Of a stretch of 64,000 nt of DNA, positions 58,266 to 64,000 are shown one piece after another. A model generated the notes under the pieces. The model was not told the origin of the DNA and did no database searches. It saw nothing but the letters and a program-made list of their open reading frames with translations. The position numbers and the translations under genes are program-made. The stretch is taken from sequence record NC_028999.1; one strand, written 5' to 3'. How positions within the stretch are numbered: position 1 is the first letter of the stretch; each line of letters starts with the position of its first letter.

Positions 58266-60509
58266 ATGAAACAACTCAAAGACCTGTTCAAGGTTAATGG
58301 TGATTCCAGCCGTACTACCTTTGGCCTGGAAGAATTCGTTGGTCACCTGACCAAAGAAGTAGACTTCGCTGACAGCATCTTCGACGCTGGCACTGGCCTG
58401 GTCAAGTCGATCGGTAACGAAGCTTTCGGTGAAAATGCTGAAGAGCAATCCGCTGCTTCTAGCCTCTACAAGCGCCTGCAAAGCATGGCCAGCAACTACG
58501 GCTTCGAAGCCTTCCAAGCTGACCCGAGTCTGAGCCAAGCTCAGATCCGCGAACAAATCCGTGTTACTGGCAACCAGCTCGCTGCCGGTACCCTCGCTGC
58601 CATCGCTTGCACCGACCAGACCGCTTACATCAAAGCTCTGCGTAAGGTCTCGGTTGAAAGCGTTTCCAACGACAAGAACGTCGTTAACGTTCAACATCGC
58701 TTCGACGGTCCTGCTGGTTCCCTGCAAGTCTTCGAAAACGGCGTTGGCCTGGAAAACTACAACGAGAAATCTCAGCGCGACTTCCGCGTTGTGACCGTTG
58801 GCTACAACCTGGCTGCTTCCCGTCAGGACGAGTTCGCTGAGCGCATCTACCCGACCACCGTTATCAACCCGATCGAGGGTGGCGTGGTTCAGGTTCTGCC
58901 GTACATCGCCGTGATGAAAGACGTTTATCACGCTGTATCGGGCCAGAAGCTTCAGAACGAAGAAGTCAACATGGTAGAAGCCTACCGTGATCCGTCCATC
59001 CTGGACGACGAGTGCACCGCTCTGATCCCGTCGATCGATCCGGCCGGCACCAACCTGAAGTTCTTCATCGACCCGACTCTGGTTGCTCCGACCACCGTCG
59101 TTAACGAACAGAACATGTCCGTCGAGACTGCTCCGCTGAAGCCGGGCATCAAGATCGATCTGATCGGTAACTCCAACGCTAGCCTGCTGATCAACAAAGG
59201 CATGCTGGACATTTCCGACACCATCGACCCCGCTGGTCGTCTGAAAGCTCTGTACGTTAAGTTCCAGGGCAAAGTGATCAAGTTCGCTGTGGATCGCCTG
59301 CCGCGTGCTGTGTTCCAACCGGATCTGGTTGGTGATACCCGTGGTGCCAAGATCGACTTCTGGTCTGACGACCTGACTGTTAGCGCCATCACCCGTACCG
59401 TTGACCAAACTCAAACCGCAGCAATGCAAGAGCTGGAACAGCGTAAGTGGGTTCTGCGTCTGAGCATGCAGTTCAGCGGTCACATCTCCACCAGCCGTGG
59501 CGACAGCCGCTTCACCGTTGGCGAAGTTTCTGTTGATCGCATCACCGACGAAGACCGTCGCAATGTTTCCCTGGAAACTGGCGCTGGTAAGACTCTGGTT
59601 GACAGCATCACTGATCTGGAGATCGTAGGTTTCGACCTGGATACTCGCTTCACCAACACCAACCGTCGTCAGCGTGGCCACCTGCTGCAAACTCGTGCCC
59701 TGCAATTCCGTCACCCGATCCCCATGCACGCTCCGGTTACTCTGCCGCTGAGCACCATGGACGAAGAAGGTCCGGGCGAAGTTGTGAAGGCACTGACCGT
59801 CAACACCAACATCCGTAACAGCAACAACGCTGTTAAACGTCTGCTGAACTACCTGGCTCAGCTGAAAGAAGTTACTGCCAATGGTTTCGACCGTCCGCAG
59901 TTCGGTGCTGTTGAAGGCGCTCTGTCGGCCGTAATGCGTCCGACCTATCGTTACAAAGAGCTGCACTTGCCCGACGTGATCGACACCCTGAAGTCGCAAG
60001 ACCGCTGGGAAGACGTCTGCTCGGCAATCCTGAACGCTGTTAAAGGTGAACTGTTCCCGGCTTACCGTGAATCGAACATCGAAGCTGCGTTCCGCGTGAT
60101 CTCGGGTAACCAAGACGAGCGTCCGATGTTCCTGTTCTGCTCGGACAAAGAGATCGCCAACTACCTGATGACCAAAGGTGATGACCGTACCCTCGGTGCT
60201 TACCTGGAATACGATCTGGTATCGACCAACAACGAACTGTTCGACAGCAAGCTGGTGGTGATCCCGACTCGTAAGAACCCGCAAGAGAACGATATCCTCT
60301 CCTTCGGTCAGTTCTTCTACGTTTCCACCGTCATCGCTGACCTGCCGATCACCCGTGGTGGTCAGCAAGTTACTCGCGAAATCGCGGCCATCCCGTTCAA
60401 CCTGCACGTGAACAACATTCCGTTCGCACTTGAGTTCAAGATCACTGGCTTCCAAGAAGTGATGGGCGAATCTCAGTGGAACAAGACTGTTGCTAGCCTG
60501 AAGCCTTGA
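58266..60509 (+). CDS. major capsid protein (phiKZ gp120-like)
   Basis: 747 aa; GLE at residue 163 matches the phiKZ propeptide cleavage position; DEFAERIYPT, strong codon bias, position next to dnaB. Confidence 0.92.
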   Translation: MKQLKDLFKVNGDSSRTTFGLEEFVGHLTKEVDFADSIFDAGTGLVKSIGNEAFGENAEEQSAASSLYKRLQSMASNYGFEAFQADPSLSQAQIREQIRVTGNQLAAGTLAAIACTDQTAYIKALRKVSVESVSNDKNVVNVQHRFDGPAGSLQVFENGVGLENYNEKSQRDFRVVTVGYNLAASRQDEFAERIYPTTVINPIEGGVVQVLPYIAVMKDVYHAVSGQKLQNEEVNMVEAYRDPSILDDECTALIPSIDPAGTNLKFFIDPTLVAPTTVVNEQNMSVETAPLKPGIKIDLIGNSNASLLINKGMLDISDTIDPAGRLKALYVKFQGKVIKFAVDRLPRAVFQPDLVGDTRGAKIDFWSDDLTVSAITRTVDQTQTAAMQELEQRKWVLRLSMQFSGHISTSRGDSRFTVGEVSVDRITDEDRRNVSLETGAGKTLVDSITDLEIVGFDLDTRFTNTNRRQRGHLLQTRALQFRHPIPMHAPVTLPLSTMDEEGPGEVVKALTVNTNIRNSNNAVKRLLNYLAQLKEVTANGFDRPQFGAVEGALSAVMRPTYRYKELHLPDVIDTLKSQDRWEDVCSAILNAVKGELFPAYRESNIEAAFRVISGNQDERPMFLFCSDKEIANYLMTKGDDRTLGAYLEYDLVSTNNELFDSKLVVIPTRKNPQENDILSFGQFFYVSTVIADLPITRGGQQVTREIAAIPFNLHVNNIPFALEFKITGFQEVMGESQWNKTVASLKP

Positions 60510-60616
60510 GCTGGAAAGGGAACACTCCGATACATGGAGAATGGCAACGTCCGTTATCTTGAAGACGGAGTGGCCCGCCGCTTAGACACTCCCGTGATCT
60601 AACGCGGTAAAAGAAC

Positions 60617-60653
60617 GCATAGGCCCGCCCCGAAAGGAGCGGGCTTTATGCCG
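60617..60653 (+). terminator. terminator of the capsid transcript
   Basis: GCCCGCCCC-GAAA-GGAGCGGGC-TTTATGCC. Confidence 0.75.
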
Positions 60654-60680
60654 TCAAGGCCAGTGTAAAAAATCTCACAT

Positions 60681-60698
60681 CTATATTACGTTGGTGAT
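60681..60698 (+). promoter_or_regulatory. early promoter
   Basis: CTATATTAC-GTTG-GTGAT. Confidence 0.78.
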
Positions 60699-60732
60699 AA
60701 GCGTTTTAAATATTTAAATACGGAGTTAAATC

Positions 60733-61266
60733 ATGGGCTTCTTTAGCCGATACGGTCAATGCGTAGAACGGGCTTTGCATGAGGCCCAGTGTAACCCAGG
60801 TGATATCATTATTAAATTACCTGAAACTGAAATGGAGGATGCCATTAAGAACCTGATAGACCAATCACAGAAAGAAACTACTGAGGCGTGTAATGGGATG
60901 CAAGCCCAAAAACCCCAACCTCAACAAGCACACAACCATCCACCGAAGGGTGGGTATATGCCCCCTAAAACAGATCCGTTTGAGTTGCAGATGATAGCTG
61001 CATTCGGCGGTCGTTTTCAAGAGGAGTACCCTCATGGAAAACAGCCAAAGCGCAGCCCCGGACAAAAAGTACGTGGAGCTGCGCGTGATGGGGAAGAGTA
61101 TCGGAACGTTCGAGGTCCGAGCAAAAAAGAAAAGAAATCCCAACGTCGAACCGCCAAAAGAAACTGCGAGTCCAACTCAGCAGTAACAAATAAAGGACGA
61201 GTTGTTGGGATGGTTCTGGAAGGGGTAGTATTCAATGGTGAGTATCAACCGTTCGAACGCCGCTAG
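60733..61266 (+). CDS. hypothetical protein with basic, disordered C-terminus
   Basis: GGAG RBS; directly after the early promoter. Confidence 0.65.
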   Translation: MGFFSRYGQCVERALHEAQCNPGDIIIKLPETEMEDAIKNLIDQSQKETTEACNGMQAQKPQPQQAHNHPPKGGYMPPKTDPFELQMIAAFGGRFQEEYPHGKQPKRSPGQKVRGAARDGEEYRNVRGPSKKEKKSQRRTAKRNCESNSAVTNKGRVVGMVLEGVVFNGEYQPFERR

Positions 61267-62275
61267 ACTGGCAGAGAACGCTAGTACTGATAGCCCATTT
61301 GACCAGAGTTATTTTAGTTATGGTCAGACTAATCCTAACCAAAGCTTCCGTTTCGGCGAAGGTGAGGTTGAACGTAAGGTGCGGTTTATCAATGAGTCGT
61401 TCCATGATCTTAGTATTATTGACGGAACTGGTATGACTCTAGATTTGCCCGCTTCGCGTACAGCCGGATCTCGCCTGGTTGTATGCGTTTCTTACCGATG
61501 GGGCCATCAGGTACAGTTTAATCCAGCCGCCATGCTGAAGCATGCTCCACAGGCAGATGAATTGTACGTTCGTAAAATCACCAGTCTAATCCGTAATACA
61601 GATAACAATAGCCCTAGAGAGCTGGATCTGTATTACGTGGTCGACCTGGGGAGTCTTGATAAGGATCCTTATGGGATCTGGATTGAGCCGTTAAACGTTC
61701 AGGTCGTTATGACCCGTTATTCCAAAACCACGACGTTCTTCACTCAGGATTGTTTCTTCAATCGGAATGATGAACTCTACGAGATGGAAGAACGCGTGTG
61801 GGCAACGACGGTTACTCTAGCTTACTTTGTGGATGACGCTAAGATTGTAGAGAAGGCATATGTGCCTATCGGATCGGACTTGCTCGAAGTCTCTCCAGTC
61901 TATCGTCCGGATGTTCCTCGTGGAATCTATATCAACCTTCGGGGAGATGTAAGTTTTGCGGCAAGCAAAAGTAATCGCCGTTGTCTGCACGTTAAACCAG
62001 AAGAGTTTCAAAAGTACGGCATTTATCGCACGTGCCGGGATTGGGAAGAAGCAGTGAAAGCCAGTGCGAAGGGGCTTAGTAAAGATGGCGTTAAGGCAAT
62101 CATGGATGTCTTCCAGGAAGTCCACGGAATCAAACCTGAGGAAGATAAACCGAAGGCTGCGAGTATCCGTGACATTGTGATCGTCGGGGAATACACGATT
62201 GGTAGTGTACTAGACTTCATGGGCGAATTGGCCAAAGCAGACTCCATACTCGAAAAGCTATTTAAGAAAAGGTAG
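61235..62275 (+). CDS. conserved hypothetical protein (phiKZ gp122 position)
   Basis: 346 aa; immediately upstream of the gp123-like gene. Confidence 0.75.
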   Translation: MVSINRSNAARLAENASTDSPFDQSYFSYGQTNPNQSFRFGEGEVERKVRFINESFHDLSIIDGTGMTLDLPASRTAGSRLVVCVSYRWGHQVQFNPAAMLKHAPQADELYVRKITSLIRNTDNNSPRELDLYYVVDLGSLDKDPYGIWIEPLNVQVVMTRYSKTTTFFTQDCFFNRNDELYEMEERVWATTVTLAYFVDDAKIVEKAYVPIGSDLLEVSPVYRPDVPRGIYINLRGDVSFAASKSNRRCLHVKPEEFQKYGIYRTCRDWEEAVKASAKGLSKDGVKAIMDVFQEVHGIKPEEDKPKAASIRDIVIVGEYTIGSVLDFMGELAKADSILEKLFKKR

Positions 62276-62286
62276 GTAGGACCAAG

Positions 62287-63909
62287 ATGGATCCGTTTCT
62301 CAACCAGAGAATCAAAGAAAGGACCCCAGAGTTCAATAAGACCCTTGCCAACGGTCTTGCGATTGAGCACATGATGGGCCTCAATGAGGCTGGGATCAAC
62401 AACACCCGAGCGCTGATTGATAACCTGTTCCAGATCAACTCCGCGCTCTTTCCGGAGGGTTTTAAGTATCACGGTAACGTTGTTGTACGGGCTGAGAAAC
62501 ACTTCGAAGAGATCACACGGGAATACGGTTCGCGGCGCGTTGCCAACATCGCGCCATCGAATCTGTACATGATCGCTTTGAAGACCAGCTTTAAGGGCGA
62601 AGAACTCTTCGATCGCCACATGTTGATACCTTTCGTTGAACAAGGTGGTACGACTGTATTGAACGGGGCGCGTTACGGGATCGCCCCTGTTCTAACTGAT
62701 GTGGGTTACTCAGTTCTGAACAACAGCATCTTCATTCCGTTCCGGCGGGCGAAGTTGACATTCAAACAGAAAGACCACCATTATTTGTGCAACGGTGATT
62801 TGCAGATCATGTACGTGATCTGGTCACAGATCCACAACGAGATGTCGAAGCGAACCAAGCGAGATCTGGACAATCGCCAATACATCGAGTCGTGCCTGGC
62901 ACATTACTTCTTCTGTGAATTCGGTCTGATTGAGACCTTCAAACGTTGGGGTAATGCAGATCTGCAAATCGGGTATCTCAAGGATTTCCCTGAGAGCCAA
63001 TACCCACGTGACCAATGGTGCGTCTACGAGTCAGCGTTCCTGACGGGTAAACATCCCACTGGTGACATGGTTCTGGTTATCCCACGTCATCAGGAAACTG
63101 ATTTCGTGAAACGCTTGGTAGCTGGTTTCTGGTATGTGGTCGACACGTTCCCCAGTCGGTTCTATGAGCCGAGCTATCTGGATAACAAATCGATCTGGCG
63201 TATCATCCTCGGCTTGATGATCTTTGGTGACTTTGAACACCAGGGTAAACTGGCTGAGAACATTGATAACCATCTGGATAGTTTTAACAACTCACTGGAT
63301 GAGATGACCATCGAGGAGCTTCGCTCGGTGGATGTCAATGTCAGCACTATCTGGGAACTGTTGTATGCCATCATGACGCACTTGGCACATCACCTGTATG
63401 CCACGGATATCGATGAAACCAGTATGTACAACAAGCGGTTGAGCATCCTGCGTTACGTAATGGATGAGTTCAACTATGCCGTAACCATGTTTGGTTTTAC
63501 GTTCCAAGCCAGACGTGATAAGGATTGGACTGCCCAGGAAATCAACGATGCCCTGAAACGTTCGTTCAAACTCAATACCTGTATTCGCAAACTCACCAGC
63601 GAACACGGGGAGATGGAGACGATCAGTATGCCTGGCGACAATAAGGCTATTAAGATCACCTCTATCTTGGTACCGCAAGATCGTGCTAAGACCAGCAAGG
63701 CGCACAATAAGTCTCTTATTGGCGACTCTACCAGGCTGATCCACGCATCGATTGCGGAGGTCGGCCAATATAAGAACCAACCGAAGAACAACCCGGATGG
63801 TCGTGGCCGACTCAATCTCTTCGTAGGTGTACGATACGATGGGATGATTGAACGGCGCGATGACGATCGGGAATTATTGGACGCCACCCAAAAGCGTTTC
63901 GCCCGTTAA
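62287..63909 (+). CDS. non-virion RNA polymerase beta subunit, N-terminal part (phiKZ gp123-like)
   Basis: DPFLNQRIKERTPEFNKTLANG, LIPFVEQGG..LNG..Y, SLIH-like RLIHASIAEVGQY, PDGRGRLN. Confidence 0.87.
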   Translation: MDPFLNQRIKERTPEFNKTLANGLAIEHMMGLNEAGINNTRALIDNLFQINSALFPEGFKYHGNVVVRAEKHFEEITREYGSRRVANIAPSNLYMIALKTSFKGEELFDRHMLIPFVEQGGTTVLNGARYGIAPVLTDVGYSVLNNSIFIPFRRAKLTFKQKDHHYLCNGDLQIMYVIWSQIHNEMSKRTKRDLDNRQYIESCLAHYFFCEFGLIETFKRWGNADLQIGYLKDFPESQYPRDQWCVYESAFLTGKHPTGDMVLVIPRHQETDFVKRLVAGFWYVVDTFPSRFYEPSYLDNKSIWRIILGLMIFGDFEHQGKLAENIDNHLDSFNNSLDEMTIEELRSVDVNVSTIWELLYAIMTHLAHHLYATDIDETSMYNKRLSILRYVMDEFNYAVTMFGFTFQARRDKDWTAQEINDALKRSFKLNTCIRKLTSEHGEMETISMPGDNKAIKITSILVPQDRAKTSKAHNKSLIGDSTRLIHASIAEVGQYKNQPKNNPDGRGRLNLFVGVRYDGMIERRDDDRELLDATQKRFAR

Positions 63910-63934
63910 CAATTAAGCAATAGGAATACACCAG

Positions 63935-64000
63935 ATGCAAAACATGAACCTTCCCCATTTCTCCCAACTCGGTCTGCCGGTACCATTTCACGGCGTCGAC
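63935..64000 (+). CDS. 5' fragment of the next gene
   Basis: AGGA RBS, MQNMNLPHF..., open to the window end. Confidence 0.55.
   Translation, partial: MQNMNLPHFSQLGLPVPFHGVD

Noticed and set aside
58203-60455. 750-aa ORF antisense to the capsid gene
   Set aside because: Shadow frame caused by the strong codon bias of the capsid gene; no motifs or RBS
1-64000. tRNA, rRNA or CRISPR arrays
   Set aside because: No T-loop or cloverleaf consensus and no regularly spaced repeats seen by eye; a tRNAscan run would confirm

Overview
A 64-kb segment of a phiKZ-like (Chimalliviridae) jumbo phage, syntenic with the phiKZ region from about gp77 to gp123 (phiKZ numbers are assigned from remembered sequence features and synteny, not from a database search). 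It encodes a virion RNAP beta' fragment (gp80-like), a free-standing GIY-YIG endonuclease, a cassette of four virion paralogs (two with Kelch propellers), the exonuclease/motif-A half of the split family-B DNA polymerase, baseplate/tube and inner-head proteins, a macrodomain protein, a roughly 10-kb cluster of small early genes, a DnaB helicase, the major capsid protein and a non-virion RNAP beta subunit (gp123-like). The ORF track misses several things. (1) Two related group IA2-type introns: an ORF-less 344-nt intron in PolB motif A (DLD^IVSTYP) and a 1790-nt HNH-encoding intron in dnaB (YTTP^RGITF). (2) An in-frame 30-codon extension with an RxLEDG repeat behind the capsid UGA stop, a candidate read-through product. 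(3) Candidate anti-defence genes: a DarG1-like NADAR coupled to polB, a DarG2-like macrodomain and a Tad1/Gp49-like sponge. (4) An extended early promoter, CTATATTAC-N4-GTGAT, driving an array of small membrane-anchored proteins. No tRNA, rRNA or CRISPR array was seen.
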